This document shows, one piece after another, positions 22,060 through 31,082 of a stretch of 64,000 nt of DNA (position 1 is the first letter of the stretch; every line of letters begins with the position of its first letter). Origin of the DNA: Candidatus Latescibacterota bacterium (lineage in GTDB: Bacteria; Latescibacterota; UBA2968; GCA-2709665). Made by a program: the position numbers and the translations under genes. The notes under the pieces were generated by a model. The model worked only from the letters and a program-made list of their open reading frames with translations. It was not told where the DNA came from and made no database searches. The DNA lies in contig OZ242180.1 in the NCBI GenBank assembly GCA_965205485.1, positions 832,001-896,000 of the forward strand, in the 5' to 3' direction.

Positions 22060-22081
22060 TGATATTGATAACTCATTATCA
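22060..22081. promoter_or_regulatory. Second Fur-family operator-like site, upstream of the regulator (probable autoregulation)
   Basis: TGATATTGA-TAAC-TCATTATCA has the same length and spacing as the 21388-21409 site. Confidence 0.72.
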
Positions 22082-22167
22082 TTTGTTGGCAGGCAGGAAT
22101 GTAAGGGATACGATACGGGAAGTCAAGTGGTAAATATCGATTTCAATTCGCATAGGGTGTTTGTATT

Positions 22168-24168
22168 TCAATAATTATGAAACCCGTGTCCCTGGCCGGG
22201 AAACCAGATCAGGTCGACGACCTGCGCGATGCCGATGCCAACGCAATACCCGATGACGGTCCCGTAGAAAAACGGCTTGGCCTTCTCGTACATCCGTGGC
22301 CCACCGTAGTGCACGATCAGCAGTTTGGCCGCCCATACGAGCATGATGCTCAGCACATAGTACCGGGGTCCCGTCGTATACTGGAACGCCAGGCCGAGCG
22401 GGTGCAGCGGCCACCAAGGAAACCACGTCCGCAGCAGCGCGAGCAGACCCGCCTCTCCAGCGCCGATAAGCCAGATCCCCAGCTTCTGCGGGTCGAAAAC
22501 GGTTCGGTCCGTTTCTCCGATGGACGTCGCCAGACCGTTGAATATGCCGTGCGGCCCCTCCCACAAGGTCCACGACCGCAGAAAGAGTGCGGACTCCGTA
22601 TAGCAGTAAAAGACAATGAAGCCAACGCAGACCAGAAAGCTGACCACGAATCCGACAAAGACCGTGCCGCCGACCCATCCCCGGCGGGACTTCAGATGGT
22701 CCATCGCCTTCAGATGATGGGGAAGCATCTGAATCGTCTGCAGCCGGCCCCCTCCGAAGAAGACGCTGCTGTTCAGGAGCCCCAATCCGACCAGGTTCCG
22801 GGTATCCATCGTGGCCGTGCCCGTGATGGACTTGAGCCACCATCCGCCCTTGCCGCCCACTGGGACCAGATATCCGAACCCCGTCGCCGCCATGTATTTC
22901 GCCACCGTGAAATACGCAATGAACATCAACGTCATCTGACCCAGGGCAAGGCTGAACGAGAGGCCCACGGCCATGAAGAAACCACAGACGAAACTCGCGC
23001 AGACCAGCAGCCCCGCCACCGCGGTCCGGTAGGTGACCGGACCCTCCCCCTCCCCGCCGCCTTCCCAGGCCTTCTTCCAGACGTACGCGAGGTGACGCCT
23101 GGCCATCCACAGGGACCACACCACCAGGACCGTCATTGCCCCGTGGCTCTCCAGATTGACGATCTCGTTGCCGGTCGAGGGTTGCCCCGCCATGCCCACG
23201 GTGAACCCGGTCCGGTTCATCACGCCCACCTTCACCACCGCCAGCAGGCCCATGAACCAGAAACTGAACAGCAGGTCCAGGCGACACAGATAACCCAGAC
23301 CGATCACGAGCGGTAAAACCCGATAGTAGACGCGGGGAAAGTTGTGGGCCACCACCATCCACTTGGTGTTCACCGAGTCGAACAGCGTGACGCGCGGCAC
23401 CTGGGGGTACCAGAACGTGATGATGTTCCAGCAGATGATGCCGGCCGTCCAGGCAAAACCCAGCCAGAACAACGGCGACCGGAAGAGCCTCGGAATGGCG
23501 CGGCCGGGTCCGATTCCATCGGTCAGATCAGAGGGAAAACTGACCAGCGGATAGGTCAGCCGTTCGGCGTCGGCCCACTGTCGATGAAAAATCGTGGTAA
23601 CGAAAAAAGCCACGCCTACCATGGCGAGGCTGCCTGCCAGCCACCATCCCACCGGCGCCAGCCACCCGGACCAGGGGACTGACTCCCCCTTGCGCAACCC
23701 GAAGTAGAACCGGTCCACGATTTCCGGCACGGGCTCGGGGAACGCCCAGTGCGGCAGCTCGTCGAGGAACAGGTCGGCCCAGCGGTTCTCGGGGGTCGCG
23801 AAGAAATGCGGCGCGGGCAGCGCGCCCGTCATATACCCCGTCCACCCCACTCCGGGCATCATCCCCGCGATCCAGGCCATGGCGAAGATAACCATCATCT
23901 CCGTGCGGGAGAGCACGCTACCGGGCGCGACCCGGGCGATCACCATGTTGATGACCACCCAGATTACAAATACCAGTATCAGCGATACAGGGAAATTGGA
24001 TTTGACCAGCGACCCGACGTGCAGAACCATCGACCCGGCGATGCCGTAATAGGCCGAGGCGGCAGCCGTCAACAGACCCAGAACCACCGACCGCGCGGTG
24101 ATACCGCTCCCCGCGGAATCGGGTTCTTCAGAACGGTTCCGGTGATCGTCAAGACGCGCCTGAGCCAT
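22168..24168 (-). CDS. Large polytopic membrane protein, putative transporter (DUF6785/DUF6784-like)
   Basis: 666 aa with many TM helices. QW...ERLTYPL and WWPLHPLG motifs are recalled as typical of this family. Confidence 0.7.
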   Translation of the reverse strand: MAQARLDDHRNRSEEPDSAGSGITARSVVLGLLTAAASAYYGIAGSMVLHVGSLVKSNFPVSLILVFVIWVVINMVIARVAPGSVLSRTEMMVIFAMAWIAGMMPGVGWTGYMTGALPAPHFFATPENRWADLFLDELPHWAFPEPVPEIVDRFYFGLRKGESVPWSGWLAPVGWWLAGSLAMVGVAFFVTTIFHRQWADAERLTYPLVSFPSDLTDGIGPGRAIPRLFRSPLFWLGFAWTAGIICWNIITFWYPQVPRVTLFDSVNTKWMVVAHNFPRVYYRVLPLVIGLGYLCRLDLLFSFWFMGLLAVVKVGVMNRTGFTVGMAGQPSTGNEIVNLESHGAMTVLVVWSLWMARRHLAYVWKKAWEGGGEGEGPVTYRTAVAGLLVCASFVCGFFMAVGLSFSLALGQMTLMFIAYFTVAKYMAATGFGYLVPVGGKGGWWLKSITGTATMDTRNLVGLGLLNSSVFFGGGRLQTIQMLPHHLKAMDHLKSRRGWVGGTVFVGFVVSFLVCVGFIVFYCYTESALFLRSWTLWEGPHGIFNGLATSIGETDRTVFDPQKLGIWLIGAGEAGLLALLRTWFPWWPLHPLGLAFQYTTGPRYYVLSIMLVWAAKLLIVHYGGPRMYEKAKPFFYGTVIGYCVGIGIAQVVDLIWFPGQGHGFHNY

Positions 24169-24227
24169 AATTACCGGTACCCCGGCGAAACCGGCGGGCT
24201 GCCGGTGGTCGGGTCATCCCCGTCGTC

Positions 24228-25058
24228 TCATCCGCCAGGAACAAACCGCCTCAGATAATCCACGGCCTTGGGGACCGCCGTGTCCTCCGCCTCCACCGCC
24301 TGACCTTCGTAGACCACGGAAACCCAACCATTGAAGTTTACGCCTCTCAGAATCTCAAAAATCCTGGGATAGTCCAGCCAGGCTTCCTCGCCGGTCTGAA
24401 TCCGGTAGATCTTCGCGCGCACGTGCACGGCCAGAGGCGCCGTTTCCGCGATGCTTCCATAGAAATCCAGCGCGGGGTCCTCCCTGCCGTTCGCGCCGCT
24501 GGCGCCGGGCGACCCGACGTACTGACCGGTGTCCAGGATATGGGACAGATAGGCGTTGTTCACCGTTTCGATGATGCGGCGCACATCCTTTCCCGTTCGC
24601 GTCACGCACCCGTGGTTGTGGTTGTGCAGGCCCAGCACCACGCCCTTCTCTTCGCCATAGGCGGCGACCTCCCGCATACACGGCATCATTCGCGCCCACA
24701 CCTCCTCTTCCGTCGCGCCGCCGCGCACCCACGCCGCGAATATCCGCACCATCGGGACCCCCATGAAGGCCGCCACGTCCACCCATTCCTTAACCTCGGA
24801 AACCGCGACGGCAAGCTCCGGCTCCGGCCTGCCGAAATCGTTGCTCACCCCGATATAGGAGATCGCCAGCCCGCGCTTCAGACACCGCATCCTGATATCC
24901 CGCAGGTACGCCGGTTCCGTGGAGGCGAACGCCCCGGTATGGATATCGATGCCATCCAGTCTCAACTCATGCGCCCGGTCGATAAACCCCTCAAGGTCCA
25001 TCGAGCCGTCCGCAAACCGGTCCTTGTAGCTCAGCGACATACAACCCAGTTTCATCAT
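24228..25058 (-). CDS. Sugar phosphate isomerase/epimerase (xylose isomerase-like TIM barrel)
   Basis: VRIFA, LHNH, LDTG, HVRAK and VYEG motifs. GAGGAG RBS before MMKLG. Confidence 0.85.
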   Translation of the reverse strand: MMKLGCMSLSYKDRFADGSMDLEGFIDRAHELRLDGIDIHTGAFASTEPAYLRDIRMRCLKRGLAISYIGVSNDFGRPEPELAVAVSEVKEWVDVAAFMGVPMVRIFAAWVRGGATEEEVWARMMPCMREVAAYGEEKGVVLGLHNHNHGCVTRTGKDVRRIIETVNNAYLSHILDTGQYVGSPGASGANGREDPALDFYGSIAETAPLAVHVRAKIYRIQTGEEAWLDYPRIFEILRGVNFNGWVSVVYEGQAVEAEDTAVPKAVDYLRRFVPGG

Positions 25059-25113
25059 CCCGTCGATCTCCTCGCTAGTGCCCGACAACGGCTCGTCCCG
25101 GACTTTTCACAGC

Positions 25114-26241
25114 TTATATCCGCGCCAGGACTTTCAGAAGCCTGTCCACGTCCGCGCTTCCGTTGTACAGATGCGTGGACACCCGCAGCCGGCCGTATTC
25201 CCCCCAGCACAGCACATTATGCGCCGCGAGAGCCGTTTCGAGCCCCTTCGCGTCGTCCACCGCAAAGCAGGTGTTTCCGGACCGCGCCGCGCGTTCCCTG
25301 GGGCTGATCACCGGGTATCCGAGCCGGTCAAGGCCCGCGCTCACCTGCTCCGACAGATCGCGCGCGTGCGCGTCGATCCGGTCCATACCCACGCCCAGCA
25401 GGACCTCCAGCGCCTTGTCCAGGTGCATCACCACCATCATCGCCGGATTCCCCGGCTCCATCCGGTCCGGCATCGGCTTTTCGTCCACGTCGGGATGGCG
25501 CTCGGCGCGCTGGGCCGGCCAAACTGCCAGGTTCCGCCAGCCGAAACACGTCGTCCCAATCTGGGACTCCGCGTGCTCGCTCACGTAGCACGGAGCGACG
25601 CCGTGCGTCGCCAGCAACCATTTGTAGCTGCTGCTCACCGTCATATCCGCCAGCGCGGCATCGACCCGCACCACGCCGGAGGCATGGGTGGCGTCTACCG
25701 CCAGCAGCACGCCCCTTCCACGCGTCGCCTCGGAAAGCCGCGCCACGTCCAGGTTCTGCCCCGTGTAGAAACTTACCTGGCTCACGGCCAGCACCCGGGT
25801 TCGTGAATCCACGGCAGCCAGCAGGTCCGCTTCGTGGACGAACCAGTCGCGGTGCGGAACCAACCGGACTTCCACGCCCAGCCGGTCCAGTTGCTTCCAC
25901 GCGTAAGCCACCGACGGGAACTCCAGGTTCGTGGTCACCACGTTATCCCCGGCACGCCAGTCCAGCCCCCTCGCCAGCCAGTTGATGCCCTCGGCCGCTG
26001 ACGGCACGAACGCAATGCGCTTTGCGGGCACGCCCCACAAATCACCCATGCGGCCGCGGCATCTGTTCCCGATCGTGTAGATCACGTCCCGCCCGTCGTA
26101 TCCCCCGCTTTTCAGGCGCGCGAACTCTGCATAGACCGACTCCTGCGCCTTCAGCCACGGACTCTCTCCTCCCGTACACAGATGCGTAATCCCTTCAAGC
26201 CCCACAAATTCGTCGGGCGAAATCAACGGCTCGATCTTCAT
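25114..26241 (-). CDS. Class V-fold PLP-dependent enzyme
   Basis: EFPS, VDATH, SSYKWL (PLP lysine) and LRVSTHLYN motifs. Confidence 0.9.
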   Translation of the reverse strand: MKIEPLISPDEFVGLEGITHLCTGGESPWLKAQESVYAEFARLKSGGYDGRDVIYTIGNRCRGRMGDLWGVPAKRIAFVPSAAEGINWLARGLDWRAGDNVVTTNLEFPSVAYAWKQLDRLGVEVRLVPHRDWFVHEADLLAAVDSRTRVLAVSQVSFYTGQNLDVARLSEATRGRGVLLAVDATHASGVVRVDAALADMTVSSSYKWLLATHGVAPCYVSEHAESQIGTTCFGWRNLAVWPAQRAERHPDVDEKPMPDRMEPGNPAMMVVMHLDKALEVLLGVGMDRIDAHARDLSEQVSAGLDRLGYPVISPRERAARSGNTCFAVDDAKGLETALAAHNVLCWGEYGRLRVSTHLYNGSADVDRLLKVLARI

Positions 26242-26275
26242 AGACCCTCATTCTGATATTGGCGCCGCGCGCCCG

Positions 26276-27319
26276 TCACACGTGAAAGATGTACAGATCC
26301 CGGTCTACTTCGGAAGGCGCCACCCGCGCGCCGTTCCGTCGATGGCTCTCGGCCACGGCGAAACAGACCTCCGTGACGTGGTGCGTGACCTCCACGTTGC
26401 CCAGCGAGGGCGCTCCCGATTCGTAGGCGGCCGCCAGGTCCTCAAGGCACTCGACCACGGCGCTCCGCGGTTCCACCTCCGGAAACGCGGCAGCTTCCAC
26501 GGACGGGCGAACTCCTCTCCCGGGTTCCACCTTGCGCAATTCCCAGCCTACACCGTTGTTCCGCGACCGGATCGCCCCATCGCTGCCCACAACCTCGAAT
26601 TCCCAGTGGCCCGCAGGAATGGTCCACGCTTCGACGCCGTCTTCGAATTCCAGATGATACCTCGACACCGGATCTTCATCCAGGCGGTTGTTCTCTATTG
26701 CCAGGTCTTCCGGAAGCAGCTCTCCCCGCACCCGCGCGATCTTCGGATCGCCCAGCAGATACGAAAGCGTGTCTATCGAATGGACGTGTCCGTGCAGAAG
26801 ATTCGAACGGGAAAAATGCACCGCCACACTGACCTTGCCGATTTCCCCCTGCGCGATCAGCGCCCTCGCCGCGTGGTAGCGGTTGTCGAACCGCCGCAGC
26901 ACGCCGGTGTTGAACACGGTCCCGTGTTGCCGGCACGCATCCCGGACCGCGTCGGCTTCGGCCATCGAACACGCCATCGCCTTCTCCAGGTAGAGCATCG
27001 GTACGCCCGCGCGGGCGACCGCCACCCCCATCTCGGCGTGCAGAACTCCCTTGGTACACACCGCGACCATATCGGGCCGTTCCACTTCGATCATCTCGAG
27101 ATAATCCTCGTACAACGCCTCCACCCCCCACTTTTCGCCGAATGCGCGCCGCTTTTCCTCCACGAGGTCCGATCCCGCCACGAGTTCCATGCGCTCGCTC
27201 GCCTTGCACGACGCCGCCACCGAATACGGCAGCGTGATGGATGGATAGCCAACCACTTCCTCGTCGATCGTACTGCCCATTCGCCCCAAACCGACAATCG
27301 CAACACGATACGTCTTCAT
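26276..27319 (-). CDS. Gfo/Idh/MocA family oxidoreductase
   Basis: IVGLGRMG Rossmann motif, LEKAMA (EKP-equivalent) and HSID. Confidence 0.9.
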   Translation of the reverse strand: MKTYRVAIVGLGRMGSTIDEEVVGYPSITLPYSVAASCKASERMELVAGSDLVEEKRRAFGEKWGVEALYEDYLEMIEVERPDMVAVCTKGVLHAEMGVAVARAGVPMLYLEKAMACSMAEADAVRDACRQHGTVFNTGVLRRFDNRYHAARALIAQGEIGKVSVAVHFSRSNLLHGHVHSIDTLSYLLGDPKIARVRGELLPEDLAIENNRLDEDPVSRYHLEFEDGVEAWTIPAGHWEFEVVGSDGAIRSRNNGVGWELRKVEPGRGVRPSVEAAAFPEVEPRSAVVECLEDLAAAYESGAPSLGNVEVTHHVTEVCFAVAESHRRNGARVAPSEVDRDLYIFHV

Positions 27320-27634
27320 AGGTCTGCTCCCTTTACCCGTCCGTAAATAAAGCCCATCCGGGCTGATGATCAGCTTTCAGCCGTAAGTGTTCAGCACGCC
27401 CCGCCCCTCAACGCGGGCCTTCGTATTTCAGCCTTCCACGGGTGGTACTTCAGGGGTCGGAGAGATGCATTTTAACACCCCAAATCGGAAGCGTCAAGGC
27501 GAAAAACACACTTTCAGAGTCCCCGCTTGCGCCAGCGCCGCCAATGCCTTATTTTTGCGGAACAACTCAAATGCTTCAGAGCGAAACAGATGGGCCGTCA
27601 GACAGGGGCGGATCAAACCGGAACGGGCATCACC

Positions 27635-28170
27635 ATGCAGGAAGGGCACGTCATCGAATCCTGTTCGATTGAAGGAACCGAGACCCGTTTCCGGTATCCT
27701 CGCTGGAACGACCTGGACGCCTTCATCGACATGCACCGGACGCTTACGCGCGAGAAAGTCATGTGCAGGCGCCTTGAACTCGACGCGCTTCCGGGGGCCG
27801 CGAACTCTCGCAGGCCCTGATCGGGCTTAAACAGGAGCGGTCGAGTTACCTGCTCGTCGAACAGGACGGCGTTCTGGTGGGCGAAGGATTCACATCAAGA
27901 AGCGGGCACGACTATTGTACAATCGGCCTGGCCCTGGTGGCACGAGCGCGCGGCCGTGGAATAGGGACTCGCCTTATGCAGATCCTGGAAGACGAGTCCC
28001 GGAAGCTCGGCGCGCGCAGGCTGTATCTTACCGTGTGGTCCGCCAACGTCTCTGCGGTCCACGTCTACCGGAAGGTCGGCTACGTCGAATCCGGCCGCCG
28101 TCCGGATTGGGTGTTGATGGACTCCGGCGAGACCTGCGACCTGATCGATATGGTGAAGAACATCGAATAG
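27635..28170 (+). pseudogene. GNAT acetyltransferase split by a frameshift near 27783
   Basis: The 5' frame MQEGHVIE...RLELD continues in another frame as ASGGRELSQAL...YLLVEQDGVLVG...RGRGIG...N..AVHVYRKVGY. Confidence 0.75.
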
Positions 28171-28189
28171 GAAGAAACAATCAAAATCG

Positions 28190-28370
28190 GGGAGACGGAA
28201 GCCGGGAGAGGGGAGGCAACCACACCCCGGCCCACCACCTGGTGAGACGCAAGACGGGAGACGGGAGAGATTTCCTGCCTTGTGAGGTTTCTTATCGTGC
28301 CGGAGGCAACGAAGAACCATTAATCGGGCAAGTGCTTCATCTAACGTCTCCCCTCTTACTTCTCACCGCC
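28190..28370 (-). repeat. Copy of a four-member structured intergenic repeat
   Basis: Its reverse complement aligns with 48392-48604, including TTGCCTCCGGCACGA.AAGAA.CCT.ACAAGGC.GGAAATCTCTCCCGTCTC.CGTCTTGCGTCTCACCAGGTGGT. Confidence 0.85.
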
Positions 28371-28433
28371 TTTAGGCGACCCTTGCGGTCGCATTTTCAA
28401 TCATAGTATTCTCAAGAGTTGTCGGGGACGCCC

Positions 28434-29672
28434 ATGAAGTTGACGTGTGAAGAGAAGGCGATGCTGGCAGGAGAGATGGGACCCGCCGCGGCGGAAGCGC
28501 TGAAGCGGCAGATGGAGGTGGGTACGTTCTTTCGCGCGGAGGACTTCGTGCCGGTCCAAACGGTACACGCGATGGCGGACATCGAAGCGCTGGCGGACCC
28601 GGGGCTTCGCTTTCTGGAAGAAACCGCCGCCGCGGGCGCGCGGTTCCGGGTCCCGGTGACGACCAATCCCCGGAGCGTGGACTTCGCCATGTGGCGTGAC
28701 GTTGGGCAGGACGAGCATACCGTTAACAGGGAACGCCGTATCGTGAAGGCGCTGACGGCGATGGGCGCGCTGCCGTGCAACACCTGCATCAACTACCAGA
28801 CCGTGGACCCGCCGCGATTCGGCGAACACCTGGGCTGGGGCGATACAGGCACCGTGATCTTCGCGAACTCCGTCGCCGGCGCCAGATCGAACTTCGAGGC
28901 CGGGCCCGCGGCCGTGTGGGCAGGCCTTACGGGACGGGTGCCGCGCTACGGGTTCCACCTTCCCGAAAGGCGGCGGGGCACCGTTCGCGTGATGGTTGAG
29001 GACCCGCCGAAGTCAAACAGCGATTGGGGCGCGCTCGGCTGCGTTGTGGGGCGGCGGGTGGACGACTACTGGCGTGTTCCGGTATTCGAGGGCATCCAGG
29101 AAAGGCCGTCGACCGACGACCTGAAGCACCTCGGCGCGGCGCTGGCCAGTTACGGGTCGCTGGCGATGTTTCATATGGTGGGTGTGACGCCCGAGGCCCG
29201 AACGGCCGAAGAGGCTTATGGAGGTCCAGAGCCGGAGGAGACAATCGTGATATCCCCCGGAACGCTGCGGGCGGCGTACGATTCCTTCCAGCCTGAGAAA
29301 GATGCGGTCGACCTCGTCGTGTGCGGTACACCGCAACTTTCGCTCTTCGAACTTCAGTCGATCGCGGAACTGCTGCGGGGCCGGCGCGTGCATCCCGACA
29401 CGACGCTGTATCTGACCACGAATTATCAGATCAAAGCGCTGGCGGATCGGATGGGATACACGGAAATCGTGGATAAGGCGGGCGGGAGGATTCTTGCGGG
29501 AGTCTGTTTCTATATTATGAACGCCCGGGTCCTGCAACAGCGGTTTCAGTACCGCACGCTTGTGACGAATTCAGCGAAACTTGCGAATATCATTTCCGGA
29601 TATGGATACAATCCGGTATTCCGGCCGGCGGAAACGTGCGTGGATGCCGCGGTGACTGGAAGGATCAGGTAA
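28434..29672 (+). CDS. Aconitase X large (catalytic, DUF521) subunit
   Basis: MKLT.EE..ML.GE.G start, VTTNP, FANSVAGARSN, LTGRVP.YG.H and LKHLGAALASYG...MFH..GVTPEA motifs. Confidence 0.9.
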   Translation: MKLTCEEKAMLAGEMGPAAAEALKRQMEVGTFFRAEDFVPVQTVHAMADIEALADPGLRFLEETAAAGARFRVPVTTNPRSVDFAMWRDVGQDEHTVNRERRIVKALTAMGALPCNTCINYQTVDPPRFGEHLGWGDTGTVIFANSVAGARSNFEAGPAAVWAGLTGRVPRYGFHLPERRRGTVRVMVEDPPKSNSDWGALGCVVGRRVDDYWRVPVFEGIQERPSTDDLKHLGAALASYGSLAMFHMVGVTPEARTAEEAYGGPEPEETIVISPGTLRAAYDSFQPEKDAVDLVVCGTPQLSLFELQSIAELLRGRRVHPDTTLYLTTNYQIKALADRMGYTEIVDKAGGRILAGVCFYIMNARVLQQRFQYRTLVTNSAKLANIISGYGYNPVFRPAETCVDAAVTGRIR

Positions 29673-29735
29673 AGACGGGGCGGAGACGGAAACTTTCCTT
29701 CGGACGCTTCGCCGGTTGATCGATAGATAGCAAAA

Positions 29736-30164
29736 ATGACTGAGACAACTGTACTTCGCGGGCATCCGGGTGTCGGACCCAACGCGGAAGGGGTCGCGCT
29801 TGTATGCGACGAAGGCTTCAGCGCCCGGTACGACTATGACCGGTATCGGGGCGTCATCAGCCGGGAGACCCATCCGCTATACGGGCAGTCGATCTCAGGA
29901 AAAATCGTCGTGTTCCGCACGTCCAAAGGGGGCGTGGCCACGTCGTGGATGATGCTCGACATGGTTGAGAGGGGAACCAGCCCGGCCGGGTTCATCTTCG
30001 GTCGTACCAATCCGGTGATGGTGCAGGGCGCGGTGCTGGCGAACGTGGCGTTAATGCACGAACTCGAGCCTGACCCGCTGGCGACCATCCGGACCGGCGA
30101 TACCGTCCGCATGTGCCCGGCTGACGGGGTGGTGGAGGTGGCGAGGAAGCTGTCAATCGGCTGA
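29736..30164 (+). CDS. Aconitase X small (swivel, DUF126) subunit
   Basis: AEG.ALV, G.I....HPLYGQSI.GKIVVF and IRTGD.V motifs. Follows the large subunit. Confidence 0.88.
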   Translation: MTETTVLRGHPGVGPNAEGVALVCDEGFSARYDYDRYRGVISRETHPLYGQSISGKIVVFRTSKGGVATSWMMLDMVERGTSPAGFIFGRTNPVMVQGAVLANVALMHELEPDPLATIRTGDTVRMCPADGVVEVARKLSIG

Positions 30165-30204
30165 AGACGACACCAAATGGCGTTCTCCTTTTGTCTACTA
30201 AACA

Positions 30205-30470
30205 TCATCGCTTCCTTTTGTACGCCCCTTGCCGGGTTTCTATACTCAGGACAACAGCCTTTTATTTTCCCAAACATAAAAGACTCTGTAACTTCCGGCC
30301 TTGAAATAAAAAGTGGGGCCCGCCTTTGGCGAGTCCCGTTTCTTTCTGGAGCCTCTCGTCGGAGCGCCTACCTGCAATGTTTCCAGCTTTGAAACAATCT
30401 GTGCCGCGATATCATCCCTTAGATTCTCCAGCACCTTTCCTGCAGCCCGCGAAAGCAAATAATCAGCCAC
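30205..30470 (-). pseudogene. RelE-like toxin with a frameshift in an A-run near 30260-30263
   Basis: MADYLLSRAAGKVLENL...FKAGSYRVFYVWENK. The RelE-type C-terminus AVVLSIETRQGAYKRKR* is in the adjacent frame; restored length is 88 aa. Confidence 0.7.
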
Positions 30471-30688
30471 TATTTCGACCGTTTCCTCTTCAAGTTCTCT
30501 ACGAGTTTTTTGGTCTCGTCGGCCGACATAATCTCGATCTTGCCATCCTTATAATCTCGATACAGCTCAGTACCACGTTGGCGCTCCCAGGAATCGTCAA
30601 CAACCTTGTCAACCTGGTCCACAGGCCGCTCTCCTCGTATTACTCTGTCAATCAGCCTCATCGCCCCGTCAACAATCGCAAGGCCCAC
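30470..30688 (-). CDS. Putative antitoxin (72 aa)
   Basis: GGAGG RBS. Stop overlaps the toxin start. C-terminal YKDGKIEIMSADETKK resembles addiction-module antitoxin tails. Confidence 0.6.
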   Translation of the reverse strand: MGLAIVDGAMRLIDRVIRGERPVDQVDKVVDDSWERQRGTELYRDYKDGKIEIMSADETKKLVENLKRKRSK

Positions 30689-31082
30689 AACATTACCTCC
30701 TCAAATGTCTATCGTTCTCACTCGCCAAGAACCTGCCTGTGCGCACCAGAATGGGCTCCCGCGCGTTCTTGAGTCCAGCCGTCTCAACTGCACAATTACA
30801 CATTTGGAGCGACCACCGCGCTCATTCCATCAAGTAGTCCGTCGTTCCAATCCATCGGCGATTCAATGCCCTAACAACAAGATAACGTCTTTTTCAGAAA
30901 AATACAATTCTCCATTGGTAGTTTTCGATTAAATTCGAGTATTCAGCATCTTAACCACTTATAAAGAGCACGCAGGTCGGATTGTCAGGTTGGCGCGAAA
31001 AATTCACGAGCCATATTGCACCTGACCAATTCGGCGATTTATAGCTGTTTAATGCATGATTGCCATTGACGAGGCACGATAA

